From positions 76,495-140,494 of the forward strand of contig CAVXNC010000024.1 of NCBI GenBank assembly GCA_963762865.1: a stretch of DNA of 64,000 nucleotides. Reading direction: 5' to 3'. The notes below the pieces were generated by a model. That model made no database searches. It was not told where the DNA came from and worked only from the letters and a program-made list of their open reading frames with translations. The translations under genes were made by a program, and so were the position numbers. The first letter of the stretch is position 1; every line of letters starts with the position of its first letter. Source of the stretch: an uncultured Actinomycetota bacterium (GTDB lineage Bacteria; Actinomycetota; Actinomycetes; JACCUZ01). Of the stretch, positions 29,545 to 40,923 are shown in pieces.

Positions 29545-31148
29545 GTCGTTCTCCCGTCCGCGGTCCCGCGACCCATCCGATCCGCGAGGCCGGCGACCTC
29601 GTCGGTCAGCGCCTCGTGGGCCTCTCCCTCGGCACGGGACAGGCCCGCGACCTCGACGAGCGTACGCCCGTCATCAGCGACCGAGGCCCGGACCCAGACG
29701 CGGCGCCGGCGCACGAAGAGCGACAGCATCAGACCCGCCAGGGCGAGCACCGCGGAGGCAAGTGCGGGGCCGGTGCCGGGGTTGTGCGCGACCTGCAGCG
29801 ACGCCCACCTGCGGACGCCCTCGAAGGTGATGGAGCTGCCGTCGGCCAGCGTCATCGTGCGGCCCGGGGCCAGCGACTGGGCCAGCGGTTGGCCGCTCTG
29901 GCCCATGACCTGGGTGAGCTCGGACTTGTCGAGGGAGTAGACCGACTGCGGGGTGCCGTCGTCGAGACCGAGGTCGCCGGTCCAGGCGGTGAGGACGGCG
30001 CGCGGCAACCGGAGGCCGGGGAAGACCGAGATCGGCCCGGCCTGCGGGTCGAAGGCCGCGGACGGCAGGAAGAAGCCCTCGAAGCCGAGCTGGTCTGGCT
30101 GCGCGCTCGGCGCCTTCACGACACCGCGCGACGCCATGTTGCCGTCGCGAGGCAGGAAGGGCACCGGGCCGGAGGTGACGACGGCGCCGGTCGAGTCGCG
30201 CACGGTGAACACCGGGGCGTAGCCGTTGCCGAGCAGGAACACCTTGGTGCCGTCGATCACCAGCGGGTGGTTGACGCGCAGCAGGCCGTCGCGCTCGGCG
30301 GCGTCGGGGGACGAGCGGTAGGTCACCCGGGCGCGGAAGTCTCGTGGGGCGCCGCGCTGGTCGCCGTCCTGCTGGTAGCGCACCGCAAGGTCGTCCAGGT
30401 GGAAGGTGAAGGGGACGAGCGACGAGTCGCGGAAGAACGCGCCACCGGCGAAGGTGTCGTAGGCGGTCGGCGTGTTGGCGAAGCCGCGGCCTTCGACGAC
30501 GAGCACGTTGGCCTTGAAGCCGAAGAGGCTGCCCAGCGCGACACCGACGAGCAGCAGCAGCAGCGCGAGGTGGAAGACCAGGTTGCCGGTCTCGCGCCAG
30601 TGGCCGCGCTCGGCGGCGACCGATCCCTCGTGGGCGTCGACGCGGAAGCGGTCCGCACGCAGCACCTCCCGAGCGCGGTCCAGGACGTCCGACGGTGACT
30701 CGTCGGTCGACCAGGACTGGTGAACCGGCAGCCGCGTCAGGTTCCGCGGAGTCACCGGCGGGCGGGCGCGCACCGCTGCCCAGTGCACCCGGCTGCGCGG
30801 CAGCACGCAGCCCACCAGCGACACGAAGAGCAGCAGGTAGATCGCCGCGAACCACGGCGCCGAGTAGACCTCGTAGAGCGAGAACCGCTCGTACCACGGC
30901 GACAGCGTCGGGTGCTGCGCCGCGAACTGCTGCACCCGCAGCGGGTCCACGCTGCGCTGCGGCACCAGCGACCCGGGCAGCGCCGCCAGCGTCAGCAGGA
31001 AGAGCAGCACCAACGCGGTGCGCATCGAGGTGAGCTGGCGCCACGCCCAGCGGGCCAGCTCCAGGGGCCGCAGCTCCGACGGCAGCGATGGCGACGGGCG
31101 CTGCTCGCCGCCGGTCCGCTCGGGCGCCTGGTCCACCTGGTCGACCAT
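29541..31148 (-). CDS. resB: cytochrome c biogenesis protein ResB/Ccs1
   Basis: 535 aa ResB-family protein sitting upstream of ccsA. Confidence 0.9.
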   Translation of the reverse strand: MVDQVDQAPERTGGEQRPSPSLPSELRPLELARWAWRQLTSMRTALVLLFLLTLAALPGSLVPQRSVDPLRVQQFAAQHPTLSPWYERFSLYEVYSAPWFAAIYLLLFVSLVGCVLPRSRVHWAAVRARPPVTPRNLTRLPVHQSWSTDESPSDVLDRAREVLRADRFRVDAHEGSVAAERGHWRETGNLVFHLALLLLLVGVALGSLFGFKANVLVVEGRGFANTPTAYDTFAGGAFFRDSSLVPFTFHLDDLAVRYQQDGDQRGAPRDFRARVTYRSSPDAAERDGLLRVNHPLVIDGTKVFLLGNGYAPVFTVRDSTGAVVTSGPVPFLPRDGNMASRGVVKAPSAQPDQLGFEGFFLPSAAFDPQAGPISVFPGLRLPRAVLTAWTGDLGLDDGTPQSVYSLDKSELTQVMGQSGQPLAQSLAPGRTMTLADGSSITFEGVRRWASLQVAHNPGTGPALASAVLALAGLMLSLFVRRRRVWVRASVADDGRTLVEVAGLSRAEGEAHEALTDEVAGLADRMGRGTADGRTT

Positions 31149-31151
31149 CGC

Positions 31152-31967
31152 TCAGACCGCCGGGGTGAAGCCGTTGACCCACACCTGCATCTGCACGGTG
31201 AGCTCGCCCCACAGCCCGGTCACGAGCAGCACCCCGATCGCGACGAGCATCCCCCCGCCGACACGCAGGATCGCCAGCTGGTGCCGGCGAAACCAGCCGA
31301 AGGCGGACATCGCCCGACTGAAGGCCAGCGCGGTCAGCAGGAAGGGCAGCCCGAGGCCGAGGCAGTAGGCGACGGCGAGCACCCCGCCGCGCAGCGCGGT
31401 GCCGCTGTCGAGGCCGAGCGCCATCACCGCGCCGAGCGTCGGGCCGACGCACGGTGTCCAGCCGAGACCGAAGAGCACGCCCAGCAGCGGCGCACCGGCC
31501 AGCCCGACCGCTGGTCTGGAGTGCGGTCTCACCTCGCGCTGCAGCACCGACAACCCCGGCAGCAGACCAGCGAAGGCCAGACCCAGCACGATCGTCAGGG
31601 TCCCGAGCACGATCTGCAGCGGCCGTTCCTGCTCGAGCAGGAAGGTGCCCACCCCGCCGATCAGCACACCGGCGCTGACGAAGACGACCGTGAAGCCGGC
31701 CACGAAGAGCGACGCCCCGGCCAGCAGCCGCCACCGCCTCGTCGCCGCCTCGTCGAACACCTCCGCCGCACTCAGTCCCGTGACGTAGGTCAGGTAGCCG
31801 GGCACCAACGGCAGCACGCAGGGCGACAGGAAGGACACCAGGCCGGCCGCGGCGGCCAGCGGTAGCGCCAGCAACAGCGATCCGTCGGTGACCGTGCCGT
31901 CGATGCTCAGGGCGACCCGCGCCAGCGCGGCGACGCCGCTGGCCACGTCGACCGCGAGGGCGCTCAT
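31152..31967 (-). CDS. ccdA: cytochrome c-type biogenesis thiol-disulfide transporter CcdA
   Basis: FLSPCVLPLVPGY and GWTPCVGP Cys motifs are present. Confidence 0.9.
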   Translation of the reverse strand: MSALAVDVASGVAALARVALSIDGTVTDGSLLLALPLAAAAGLVSFLSPCVLPLVPGYLTYVTGLSAAEVFDEAATRRWRLLAGASLFVAGFTVVFVSAGVLIGGVGTFLLEQERPLQIVLGTLTIVLGLAFAGLLPGLSVLQREVRPHSRPAVGLAGAPLLGVLFGLGWTPCVGPTLGAVMALGLDSGTALRGGVLAVAYCLGLGLPFLLTALAFSRAMSAFGWFRRHQLAILRVGGGMLVAIGVLLVTGLWGELTVQMQVWVNGFTPAV

Positions 31968-32593
31968 GCCGGACGCTCCCCCAGCGCGTCCGACACCAGT
32001 GCCCGAAGCGTCGACGCCCGGACCTGCCCGAGCACCCGCGCAGCCATGCGCCCCTGCCGGTCGAGGACCAGCGTGCTCGGGACGGCGCGCGGGTTCAAGG
32101 TGCCGCGCAGCTGCAGCAGGGTCTCCCCGGACGGGTCGTCGATGCTCGGGTAGGTGCTGCCGAAGCGCTTCTCATGTGCCCGGGCCGAGTCGACGTTGTC
32201 GCGGAAGTCGATGCCGACGAACTGCACACCCTTGGGCTCGGACTGCTCCCACACCTGCTGCAGCGCCGGCGCCTCGGCGATGCACGGCGGGCACCACGAG
32301 CCCCACACGTTGACGACCACGACCTGGCCCCGGTAGTCGGCGACGTCGAAGCGCTCCCCGTCCAGGGTGCGCCCGGTGAGGGCGACCGGATCCTCGCGGT
32401 CGGCCGCGGCCACCTCCTTGATGGTGCCCTGCCCGGCGATGTAGCCCTGCCCGGCCACCGACTGCCCGGTGTCGGCCGTGCAGCCGGACATCAGCCCGCC
32501 GCCCAGCACGAGCGCCGCGAGCACCACGAGCCCCGGGTGAACGACAGCGGCGGCACCAGCCCGGGGGAGCCGTCGGCGAGCGGGTCGGTGCAT
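31964..32593 (-). CDS. resA: TlpA/ResA-family thiol-disulfide oxidoreductase
   Basis: Signal or lipoprotein-type N-terminus (GGGLMSGC), thioredoxin fold, WGSWCPPC active site. The start overlaps the upstream stop (ATGA). Confidence 0.85.
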   Translation of the reverse strand: MHRPARRRLPRAGAAAVVHPGLVVLAALVLGGGLMSGCTADTGQSVAGQGYIAGQGTIKEVAAADREDPVALTGRTLDGERFDVADYRGQVVVVNVWGSWCPPCIAEAPALQQVWEQSEPKGVQFVGIDFRDNVDSARAHEKRFGSTYPSIDDPSGETLLQLRGTLNPRAVPSTLVLDRQGRMAARVLGQVRASTLRALVSDALGERPA

Positions 32594-33291
32594 CAGGCCC
32601 CGGCGACGAACTTCTTGCCGGAGGCGACCGGTGCGGGCAGCAGGTCCCGGGCCGGCTCCTCGTAGGACACCGTCACGAGGTCGTCGCCGACGTACGTGAA
32701 GGAGGTCAGGGACGCCAGCGCGCACTGGCGCTTGCGCGGGTCGTGCCAGAGCCGTCGGCCGGTCGCGAAAGACCGCGCTGTCCAGATCGGCAGCTGGTGG
32801 CTCACGCACAGCGCCTCGTGACCGCGCGCCGCGTCGCGTGCAGTGGCGATCGCGCCCAGCATCCGCTCGGCGATCTGGGTGTAGGGCTCGCCCCACGACG
32901 GCCGCAGCGGGTTGCGCAGGTGCACCCAGTGGACCGGCCGACGCAGCGAGCCGTCGCCGACGCCGAAGGTCTTGCCCTCGAAGACGTTGCCCGCCTCGAT
33001 CAGCCGCGCGTCGGTGTCGACCCCGAGACCGAGCTCGGTAGCGGTCGGTGCCGCCGTCTCCTGTGCGCGCTCCAACGGCGACGAGACGACGTGCGTCACG
33101 TCCGAGCCGGCCAGGTGCTCGGCGATCCGCTCGGCCATCGCGCGGCCGAGGTCGGACAGGTGGAAGCCCGGCAGCCGGCCATAGAGGATGCCGCTCGGGT
33201 TGTGCACCTCGCCGTGGCGCAGCACGTGCACCGTCGTCGTCACCTCGGACGTCGGCTGCGACCCGACGCCGGGCTCGGTCGGTTCGGTCAC
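32593..33291 (-). CDS. histidine phosphatase (phosphoglycerate mutase/SixA-like) family protein
   Basis: RHG catalytic motif (VHVLRHGEV). Confidence 0.8.
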   Translation of the reverse strand: MTEPTEPGVGSQPTSEVTTTVHVLRHGEVHNPSGILYGRLPGFHLSDLGRAMAERIAEHLAGSDVTHVVSSPLERAQETAAPTATELGLGVDTDARLIEAGNVFEGKTFGVGDGSLRRPVHWVHLRNPLRPSWGEPYTQIAERMLGAIATARDAARGHEALCVSHQLPIWTARSFATGRRLWHDPRKRQCALASLTSFTYVGDDLVTVSYEEPARDLLPAPVASGKKFVAGA

Positions 33292-34626
33292 GGGGAGTCC
33301 TCCGGTGGGCTGGCCTGAGCCGCGGCGCGGGCTGCGGCCGGCAGGGCATCGACGACCCGCGAGACGGCGTCGTCGTCGTGGGCGGCGGACAGGAACCAGG
33401 ACTCGAAGGCCGACGGCGGCAGGTAGACCCCGGCGTCGAGCATCGAGTGGAAGAAGGCGGCGTAGCGGAAGACGTCCTGCTTGCGCGCGCCCTCGTAGTC
33501 GGTGACCGGCTGCCCGGCCGCCGAGGGATCGCTGAAGAAGATGGAGAACATGCTGCCCGCGTGCTGCAGCCGGTGCGCCACGCCGGCGGCCGACAGCGCC
33601 TCGCTGGTCAGCGCGGCCAGCTCGACGGCGACCTTGTCGACGCGCACGTAGACGCTCTCGTCGGCCGCCCGCAGCGTCGCGAGGCCGGCGGCGGTCGCGA
33701 CCGGGTTCCCCGACAGCGTGCCCGCCTGGTAGACCGGCCCGGCGGGCGCCAGCCGGCCCATCACGTCGGCGCGACCGCCGAAGGCCGCGGCCGGGAAGCC
33801 GCCGCCCATCACCTTGCCGAAGGTCATCAGGTCCGGCCGCACGCCCTCGAGCCCGAACCAGCCGGCGGGCGAGACGCGGAAGCCGGTCATCACCTCGTCG
33901 CTGACGAAGAGCGCGCCGTCGGCCCGGCACAGCTCAGCGAGCCCGGCGTTGAAGCCCGGCTCCGGCGGGACGACACCCATGTTGCCCGCAGCCGCCTCGG
34001 TGATGACCGCGGCGATGTCCCCGTCGTACGTCGCGAAGGCGGCCTCGACGGCGGCCAGGTCGTTGTAGGGCACGACGACGGTGTCCGCGGCCGAGGCACC
34101 CGTCACGCCAGGGGTGTCCGGCAGGCCGAGCGTCGCGACGCCAGACCCGGCCGCGGCGAGCAGCGAGTCGACGTGCCCGTGGTAGCAGCCGGCGAACTTC
34201 ACGATCTTGCTGCGGCCGGTGAAGCCGCGCGCCAGCCGGATCGCCGACATCGTCGCCTCGGTGCCGCTGGACACCAGCCGCACCTGCTCGACCGGCTCGA
34301 CGCGGTGCACGATCTCCTCGGCGAGCTCGACCTCGCCCTGGGTCGGCGTTCCGAACGACGTGCCACGCGCGACCGCGGCCTGCACGGCATCGACGACCGC
34401 CGGGTGCGCGTGCCCGAGCAGCAGTGGTCCCCACGAGCAGACCAGGTCGACGTACTCCCGGCCGTCGGCGTCGACCAGGTACGGGCCGCGGCCGGACGCC
34501 ATGAAGCGCGGGGTGCCGCCGACAGCGCGGAAGGCGCGCACCGGCGAGTTGACCCCGCCGGGTGTCACGGCCAGCGCGCGGGCGAGCAGGGCCTCCGACG
34601 CGGGCGCCGGGCTGCGCGTGCCGGTC
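33288..34626 (-). CDS. hemL: glutamate-1-semialdehyde 2,1-aminomutase
   Basis: PLP-dependent class III aminotransferase with [10 protein letters not shown]...TFGKVMGGG. Confidence 0.9.
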
Positions 34627-35623
34627 ACGAGCCCGCCCGTCGCAGCAGGCCGGCGGCCTCGACCGCCCAGTAGGTCAGCACGATCCCGGCCCCGGCCCGG
34701 CGGATCGCGGTCAGCGTCTCGAGGATGGTCCGCTCGCGGTCCAGCCAGCCCTGTGCGAAGGCTGCCTCGGCCATCGCCAGCTCGCCGGACACCTGGTAGG
34801 CGGCGACCGGCAGCCCGAGGTGCGCGGCCTCGTCGGCGACCCGGCGCAGCACGTCGAGGTAGGGCAGCGCGGGCTTCACCATCACGATGTCGGCACCCTC
34901 GGCGGCGTCGAGCGCCAGCTCGCGCAGTGCCTCGTCGAGGTTGGCCGGATCCTGCTGGTACGTCCGACGGTCGCCCTGCAGGGTCGACTCGACCGCGTCG
35001 CGGAACGGGCCGTAGAACGCGGACGCGTACTTCGCGGTGTAGGCGAGCAGCGCGGTGTCGGTCTGCCGGTCGTCGTCCAGGGCCGACCGGACGACGCCGA
35101 CCTGGCCGTCCATCATCCCGGAGAGCCCGAGCACGTGGGCGCCGGCCGCGGCCTGCGCGAGACCCATCTCGGCGTAGCGCACCAGCGTCGCGTCGTTGTC
35201 CACCGTGCCGTCGGCGGCCAGGACACCGCAGTGGCCGTGGTCGGTGAACTCGTCGAGGCACAGGTCGGCCATCACGACGGTGTCGTCGCCGACCTCGGCC
35301 ACCACGTCACGGATAGCGACGTTGAGGATGCCGTCGTCGTCGGTCGCACCGGAGCCGGTCGCGTCGCGCGTCTCCGGCACGCCGAAGAGCATCAGCCCGC
35401 CGACCCCGGCCTGCACCGCCTCGACGGCTGCCTTGCGCAGCGAGTCGCGCGAGTGCTGCACGACGCCGGGCATCGACGCGATCGGCGCCGCCTCGGTCAG
35501 CCCCTCCTTGACGAAGAGCGGCAGCACCAGGTCGGCCGGCGACAGCCGGGTCTGCGCGACCAGGCTGCGCATCGCCGCGGTCCGCCGCAGCCGGCGCGGC
35601 CGGCCGCCGGGGAAGCCGCTCAC
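34625..35623 (-). CDS. hemB: porphobilinogen synthase (delta-aminolevulinate dehydratase)
   Basis: Full-length ALAD (332 aa). Confidence 0.95.
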   Translation of the reverse strand: MSGFPGGRPRRLRRTAAMRSLVAQTRLSPADLVLPLFVKEGLTEAAPIASMPGVVQHSRDSLRKAAVEAVQAGVGGLMLFGVPETRDATGSGATDDDGILNVAIRDVVAEVGDDTVVMADLCLDEFTDHGHCGVLAADGTVDNDATLVRYAEMGLAQAAAGAHVLGLSGMMDGQVGVVRSALDDDRQTDTALLAYTAKYASAFYGPFRDAVESTLQGDRRTYQQDPANLDEALRELALDAAEGADIVMVKPALPYLDVLRRVADEAAHLGLPVAAYQVSGELAMAEAAFAQGWLDRERTILETLTAIRRAGAGIVLTYWAVEAAGLLRRAGS

Positions 35624-35625
35624 CG

Positions 35626-37299
35626 TCAGGTGGCCTTCCGGCGGGCTGTGCTGCGCTTCTGCGACGGCCGCAGCACGGGCTCGCCGGCCGCGTCCGCGGT
35701 CGACCGGGCCAGTGCGCCGTACTCAGCGAGTGCCGTCGAGAGGTCGGCCACCGACGGGCTCGGTGCGAGCACGTCGACCCGCAGACCGTGCTCCTCCGCC
35801 GTCTTGGCGGTAGCCGGCCCGATGCAGGCGATGACCGTCGAGGAGTGCGGCTTGCCGGCGATGCCGACCAGGTTGCGCACCGTCGAGGACGAGGTGAAGA
35901 CGACCGCGTCGTAGCCACCGGACTTGATTGCCTCACGGATCGGCGCGGCGGGCGGCGCGGCGCGCACGGTCCGGTAGGCCGTGACGTCGTCGACCTCCCA
36001 GCCGCGCTCGACCAGGCCGGCCACCAGGTTCTCGGTGGCGATGTCGGCGCGCGGCAGGAAGACCCGGTCGATCGGGTCGAAGACCGCGTCGAAGGGCGGC
36101 CAGTCCTCCAGGAGCCCGGCCGCGGACTGCTCGCCGCTGGGGACCAGGTCGGGCTTGATGCCCCACGCGAGGAGGTCTGCTGCGGTCTGCTCGCCCACCG
36201 CGGCGACCTTGATGCCGGCGAAGGCACGGGCGTCGAGGCCGTACTCCTCGAACCGCTCGCGCACCGCCTTGACGGCGTTGCGGGAGGTGAAGGCGACCCA
36301 CTCGTAGCGGCCGGTGACCAGGCCCTTGATCGCCCGCTCCATCTGCTGCGGGGTGCGGGGCGGCTCGACCGCGATGGTCGGCACCTCCTCGGGCACCGCT
36401 CCGTAGGTGCGCAGCCGGTCGGAGAGGAGGCCGGCCTGCTCCTTGGTCCGCGGCACGAGGACGCGCCAGCCGAAGAGCGGCTTGGTCTCGAACCAGGACA
36501 GCTGCTCGCGCAGCGGCACGGTGTCGCCGACGACGGTGATGGTCGGCGGTGCGAGCTTGGCGGCCTTCACGTCCGCGGCGATCCGCTCGAGGGTCGAGGT
36601 GACCGTGCGCTGCGAGGTGGTCGTGCCGAGCTGCGTCATGGCGACCGGGGTCTCCGGTGACCGACCGGCGGCGATGAGTGCCTTGGCGACGTCACCGATG
36701 ACCTTCGTGGCGGAGAGCAGCACGAGGGTCGAGGTGCCCAGACCGAGGGAGGCCCAGTCGACGCTGCCCTCGGAGACGTTGACGACGCGCACCTCGCGGT
36801 GCTTGGCCGAGGTCAGCGGGATGCCCGCGTAGCCCGGCACGGAGGTGATCGACGGGACGCCCGGCACGACCTCGAAGGGGATGCCGGCCTTGGCGCAACC
36901 GGTCGCCTCCTCGGAGCCGGTCGCGAAGAGGAAGGGGTCGCCGTCGAGCAGCCGGACCACGGAGCCGCCGGACTTGGCGGCCTTGACCACCAGGCGGGCG
37001 CGCACGGCGTGGCTCAGCGGCTGGCCGTCGTCGCCGAGCGAGCCGTCGACGACCTCGACGTCCTCGCGGCAGAACCGCCGGACGAAGGCCTCGTCCTGCG
37101 ACTCGGTGACCACGATGTCTGCCTTGCCGAGCAGCTCGACGGCACGCACGGTCAGCAGGTCGGGGTCGCCGGGGCCAGCGCCGACGAAGGCGACCGAGCC
37201 CAGGGGCTTGGCCGGCTTGCTGCTCGCGGGCTTCGTCGCCCGCGAGCTGCTCGCCGCGGTCTTCTTCTTGGCGGGGTCGGTCTTCTTGGGGCCGGTCAC
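35626..37299 (-). CDS. hemD: bifunctional uroporphyrinogen-III C-methyltransferase / uroporphyrinogen-III synthase
   Basis: N-terminal CobA/SUMT domain ([12 protein letters not shown]) fused to a C-terminal HemD domain, as in actinobacterial hem operons. Confidence 0.9.
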   Translation of the reverse strand: MTGPKKTDPAKKKTAASSSRATKPASSKPAKPLGSVAFVGAGPGDPDLLTVRAVELLGKADIVVTESQDEAFVRRFCREDVEVVDGSLGDDGQPLSHAVRARLVVKAAKSGGSVVRLLDGDPFLFATGSEEATGCAKAGIPFEVVPGVPSITSVPGYAGIPLTSAKHREVRVVNVSEGSVDWASLGLGTSTLVLLSATKVIGDVAKALIAAGRSPETPVAMTQLGTTTSQRTVTSTLERIAADVKAAKLAPPTITVVGDTVPLREQLSWFETKPLFGWRVLVPRTKEQAGLLSDRLRTYGAVPEEVPTIAVEPPRTPQQMERAIKGLVTGRYEWVAFTSRNAVKAVRERFEEYGLDARAFAGIKVAAVGEQTAADLLAWGIKPDLVPSGEQSAAGLLEDWPPFDAVFDPIDRVFLPRADIATENLVAGLVERGWEVDDVTAYRTVRAAPPAAPIREAIKSGGYDAVVFTSSSTVRNLVGIAGKPHSSTVIACIGPATAKTAEEHGLRVDVLAPSPSVADLSTALAEYGALARSTADAAGEPVLRPSQKRSTARRKAT

Positions 37300-38234
37300 G
37301 TGACGCGCTCCAACATCAGGTCTGCCGCACCGTCGGCGAGCAGCTCAGCCGCGAGGTCGCGGCCGATCCGTGCTGCGTCGTCGAGCGGTCCGGTGGCGGA
37401 CAGCCGGACACTCGCGGAGCCGTCGACTGCGCTGACGACGGCCCGGAGGTACAGCTGCATGGCGTGCTCGTCGGGCTCTGGTTCGGCTGCCTCTCCGTAC
37501 GCCCCCACGGGGGCAGAGCAGCCGGCTTCGAGCTCGGCGAGCAGGGTTCGTTCGGCGGTCACGACGAGCCGGGTCACGGCGTCGTCGAGGCTGCCGAGCA
37601 GCTCGGCGGTGGGGGTGTCGTCGCTGCGGCACTCCACCGCCAACGCCCCCTGTCCGGGGGCGGGAAGCATCTGGAGAGGATCGAGCACCTCGGTGATGGT
37701 GTCCAATCGACCAAGTCGGGCAAGCCCGGCGCGGGCCAGCACGACGGCGTCCAGCCGGCCCTCGGAGACCAGCCGCAGACGGGTGTCCACGTTGCCCCGG
37801 ACGTCCACCACGTCGTGGCCGAGGCCGAGCGCCCTCAGCTGGGCGGCCCGCCGGGGCGAGCCGGTGCCGATCGTGGCGCCGGCGGGCAGCTCGCCCAGGG
37901 TGAGACCGTCCCGGGCCACCAGCGCGTCGCGGGGATCCTCGCGCGGGGGAACCGCCGCTATCAGCACCTCACCGGGCTGGGCGGTCGGCAGGTCCTTGAG
38001 CGAGTGCACCGCGGCGTCCACGTCGTGGGCGGCCAGCGCCTCGCGCAGCGCGCCGACGAACACGCCGGTGCCGCCGATCTGGGTCAGCGCGGCCTTCGAG
38101 GTGTCGCCGAGCGTGCTGACCGTCACGAGCTCGACCTCACGGCCGGTCCGCTCGGTCAACGCGGCGGCGACCCGGCCGGCCTGGGCGAGGGCCAGGGCGC
38201 TGCCGCGGGTCCCGAGGCGCAGGGGCGCGGTCAT
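37296..38234 (-). CDS. hemC: hydroxymethylbilane synthase (porphobilinogen deaminase)
   Basis: [19 protein letters not shown].... The ATGA overlap with hemA was verified at 38232-38234. Confidence 0.9.
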   Translation of the reverse strand: MTAPLRLGTRGSALALAQAGRVAAALTERTGREVELVTVSTLGDTSKAALTQIGGTGVFVGALREALAAHDVDAAVHSLKDLPTAQPGEVLIAAVPPREDPRDALVARDGLTLGELPAGATIGTGSPRRAAQLRALGLGHDVVDVRGNVDTRLRLVSEGRLDAVVLARAGLARLGRLDTITEVLDPLQMLPAPGQGALAVECRSDDTPTAELLGSLDDAVTRLVVTAERTLLAELEAGCSAPVGAYGEAAEPEPDEHAMQLYLRAVVSAVDGSASVRLSATGPLDDAARIGRDLAAELLADGAADLMLERVT

Positions 38235-39589
38235 CGCCGGCCCCCGCCAGCAGCCGCGTCGGCGTCGGTGGCGTCGCCGGGGACGACCTCGATGTCGGCG
38301 CGGGTCACGGCATCGACGGCCGCCTGGTCGAGCCCGAAGAGCTTGGAGAGGACGTCGGCGTAGGACTCCCCGCTGCCCTCCATCACCTCGCCGGCGAGCT
38401 GCTTCACCCGCACGGTCGGTGCGTGCAGCACCTTGTCGACCACGCGCTGCACGGTCTGCTCGATCTCGGCACGCTCGCGCGGGTCGAGGTCCGGCAGGCG
38501 CCCCGCGAGACGGGTCAGCTCGGCACGTACGACGCCGTCGGCCATGTCGCGCAACGCGACGACGGTCGGGGCCACCAGAGACGCCCGCTGCCAGCCGAGG
38601 AAGGCGGTGACCTCGTCGGCGACGATCTCGCGGGTCGCCTCGACGTCCTCGGCGTGCTCGGTCGCCTCGAGGACCCGGGCGAGGGTCTCCAGGTCGACGA
38701 TCGTCACGCCGGGCACGTCGTGCGCGTCGTGCGCGACGTCGCGTGGCAGTGCCAGGTCGACGACGACCATCGGCCGGCCGCCGCGGGCGTGCTGCGCGGC
38801 TGTGAGGTCCTCGGCGGACAGGACGTGCCCGACCGCACCGGTGCACGAGATGACCAGGTCCGCCTCGCCGAGGGCCTGCGGCAGCGCCTCCAGCGAGATG
38901 GCCACGCCGCCGACCGCGGTGGCCAGCCGCTCGCCGTTGGCCAGCGTGCGGTTGGCGACGACGACCTGGCTGGCGCCGGCCCGCGAGAGCAGCGTGGCAG
39001 CCAGGGCGCTCATCGAGCCTGCGCCGACGACCAGCGCGGTCAGCCCGGTGACCGGACCCACGGTGCGCTCCGCCTCGTGCAGCCCGGCGGTCACCAGCGA
39101 GCGCCCGGCGCGGTCGATGCCGGTCTCGCTGCGCGCCCGCTTGCCGACCCGCAGCGCCTGCTGCGCGAGGGATCCGAGGGTGCGACCGGCGGTCCCGTGG
39201 TCCTGCGCCTGGCGCAGGGCGGTGCGGACCTGGCCGAGGATCTGGCTCTCGCCGACCACCATCGAGTCGAGCCCGCAAGCGACCGAGAAGAGGTGCGCGA
39301 CGGCACGGTCCTCGTAGTGCACGTAGAGGTGCGGTGTGAGCTCGTCGATGGGCACGCCGGCCCGGCGGGCGAGCAGCTCCGAGGTGTGGGCCAGGCCGCC
39401 GTGGAACTTGTCGACGTCGGCGTAGACCTCGACCCGGTTGCAGGTCGACAGGACGATCGCCTCACCGGCGTGGTCGCTGCCGACGACGTCGTCGAGCAGC
39501 TTCTCGGCGGCGTCACCAGTGAGAGTGGCGCGCTCGAGGAGGTCGACCGGCGCGGTGCGGTGGGACAGGCCCACGACGAGGACGCTCAC
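38231..39589 (-). CDS. hemA: glutamyl-tRNA reductase
   Basis: [12 protein letters not shown] and the NAD(P)-binding [13 protein letters not shown]. The GTG at 39589 overlaps the rex stop. Confidence 0.9.
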   Translation of the reverse strand: MSVLVVGLSHRTAPVDLLERATLTGDAAEKLLDDVVGSDHAGEAIVLSTCNRVEVYADVDKFHGGLAHTSELLARRAGVPIDELTPHLYVHYEDRAVAHLFSVACGLDSMVVGESQILGQVRTALRQAQDHGTAGRTLGSLAQQALRVGKRARSETGIDRAGRSLVTAGLHEAERTVGPVTGLTALVVGAGSMSALAATLLSRAGASQVVVANRTLANGERLATAVGGVAISLEALPQALGEADLVISCTGAVGHVLSAEDLTAAQHARGGRPMVVVDLALPRDVAHDAHDVPGVTIVDLETLARVLEATEHAEDVEATREIVADEVTAFLGWQRASLVAPTVVALRDMADGVVRAELTRLAGRLPDLDPRERAEIEQTVQRVVDKVLHAPTVRVKQLAGEVMEGSGESYADVLSKLFGLDQAAVDAVTRADIEVVPGDATDADAAAGGGRR

Positions 39590-40380
39590 GACGACACCCC
39601 CGACAGCTGATCCGGGAGGTCGTCCGCGATGTCGTCCGCGATGTCGTCCGTGCGGCCGTCGAGCCTGGTCGGTACGACGCCCGGCACTGCCTCGAGGCTG
39701 ACCTTTCGCTGCTCGTGAAACGCCAGGATCTGCAGCTCGATGGACATGTCGACCTTGCGCACCTCGACGTGGTCGGGCACGACGAGCACGGTCGGCGCGA
39801 AGTTCAGGATGCTGCTCACCCCGGCGGCCACCAGGCGCTCGCAGGCGGTCTGCGCGACCGCCGCGGGGGTAGCGATGACCGCGATGGCCACGCTGTTGCG
39901 GCGTACGACCTCCTCGAGGCGGTCGATGTGCTCGACCTGCAACCCGGCGACCGTGGTGCCCACGATCTCGGGGTCGGCGTCGAGGAGCGCGCGGATCCCG
40001 AAGCCGCGGGACGCGAAGCCGCCGTAGTTGGCCAGCGCGTGCCCGAGGTGGCCGAGGCCGACGATGACGACCGACCAGTCCTGGGTCAGGCCGAGCTCGC
40101 GGGAGATCTGGTAGACGAGGTAGTCGACGTCGTAGCCCACGCCGCGGGTGCCGTAGGAGCCCAGGTAGGACAGGTCCTTGCGCAGCTTGGCCGAGTTGAC
40201 CCCGGCGGCGGTGGCCAGCTCCTCGGAGGAGACCGTGGAGACGGCCTCGTCGGAGAGCAGGCCCAGCGCCCGCAGGTAGACCGGGAGGCGCGCGACCGTG
40301 GCGTCCGGGATGCCCTGGCGCGGGGCGCGCCCACGGGCGGCGCTGACGGCACCTGCCTCGGGTCGTCCACTGGTCGTCAC
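39586..40380 (-). CDS. rex: redox-sensing transcriptional repressor Rex
   Basis: ATVARLPVYLRAL wHTH plus a Rossmann fold. The C-terminus contains a DDIADDIADD repeat. Confidence 0.9.
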   Translation of the reverse strand: MTTSGRPEAGAVSAARGRAPRQGIPDATVARLPVYLRALGLLSDEAVSTVSSEELATAAGVNSAKLRKDLSYLGSYGTRGVGYDVDYLVYQISRELGLTQDWSVVIVGLGHLGHALANYGGFASRGFGIRALLDADPEIVGTTVAGLQVEHIDRLEEVVRRNSVAIAVIATPAAVAQTACERLVAAGVSSILNFAPTVLVVPDHVEVRKVDMSIELQILAFHEQRKVSLEAVPGVVPTRLDGRTDDIADDIADDLPDQLSGVSS

Positions 40381-40442
40381 GGGTCTGGCACGCTCCCACT
40401 CGCACGGGTCTGACGCGGTCGGGCGCTCGCCAGGCTATGCGC

Positions 40443-40460
40443 TTGTGAACGTGAGCACAA
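40443..40460. promoter_or_regulatory. candidate Rex operator (ROP-like) upstream of rex
   Basis: TTGTGAACGTGAGCACAA resembles the TTGTGAA-N-TTCACAA Rex box. It lies about 63 nt upstream of the rex start, consistent with autoregulation of a rex-hemACD(B) operon as in Streptomyces. Confidence 0.45.
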
Positions 40461-40570
40461 AGTGAACGGCCGCAGTCGGGCGCGGCCCACGGCCGCCCGG
40501 ATCCGCGCCGGCCACACCCGCCCCGCTGACCACACCCGCCCCGCTCCCCGCTCGCCTTCCGGCCCAATTT

Positions 40571-40627
40571 CATGATCGTGAGCAGCTGCCGGGCCGGAAA
40601 GGTGACGCGCCCCTGCTCACGATCATG
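40571..40627. repeat. intergenic palindromic element, copy A
   Basis: Perfect 15-bp inverted repeat CATGATCGTGAGCAG ... CTGCTCACGATCATG with a 27-nt spacer. It sits about 50 nt downstream of the grx stop. Confidence 0.8.
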
Positions 40628-40677
40628 TGTCCCCGTACTGCCGGGGGTCGTGGGGCGCGTGGTGTCTGGGGCGGCGC

Positions 40678-40923
40678 TCAGGTGGTGAGGGCGGCGCGCA
40701 GGCGGGCCTCGTCGACCCGCCAGAAGTCGTGCGGGCTGCCGTCGACCAGCACGACCGGGATCTGCTCCCAGTAGCGCTCCTGCAGTTCGGGGTCGTCCAG
40801 GATGCTGCGCTCCTCGAAGGACACGCCCAGGTCGGCCGTGACCCGGGTGACCACCTCGCGGGCGTCGTCGCAGAGGTGGCAGCCGGGCTTGCCGATCAGC
40901 AGCACACGCGGCGCGGCGCTCAT
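40678..40923 (-). CDS. glutaredoxin-like (mycoredoxin-type) protein
   Basis: 81 aa thioredoxin-fold protein with a CHLC active site (GKPGCHLCDDA). Confidence 0.75.
   Translation of the reverse strand: MSAAPRVLLIGKPGCHLCDDAREVVTRVTADLGVSFEERSILDDPELQERYWEQIPVVLVDGSPHDFWRVDEARLRAALTT

Noticed and set aside
29674-31734. 686-aa minus-strand ORF and the 29616..30698 plus-strand ORF overlapping resB and ccdA
   Set aside because: Alternative or antisense frames of resB and ccdA with Arg/Ala/Gly-rich junk translations. The resB and ccdA frames carry the family motifs.
36799-38610. 603-aa plus-strand ORF across hemD/hemC and other long plus-strand ORFs in 33048..36660
   Set aside because: Antisense to the hemL-hemB-hemD-hemC genes, with low-complexity Arg/Gly/Ala-rich translations.
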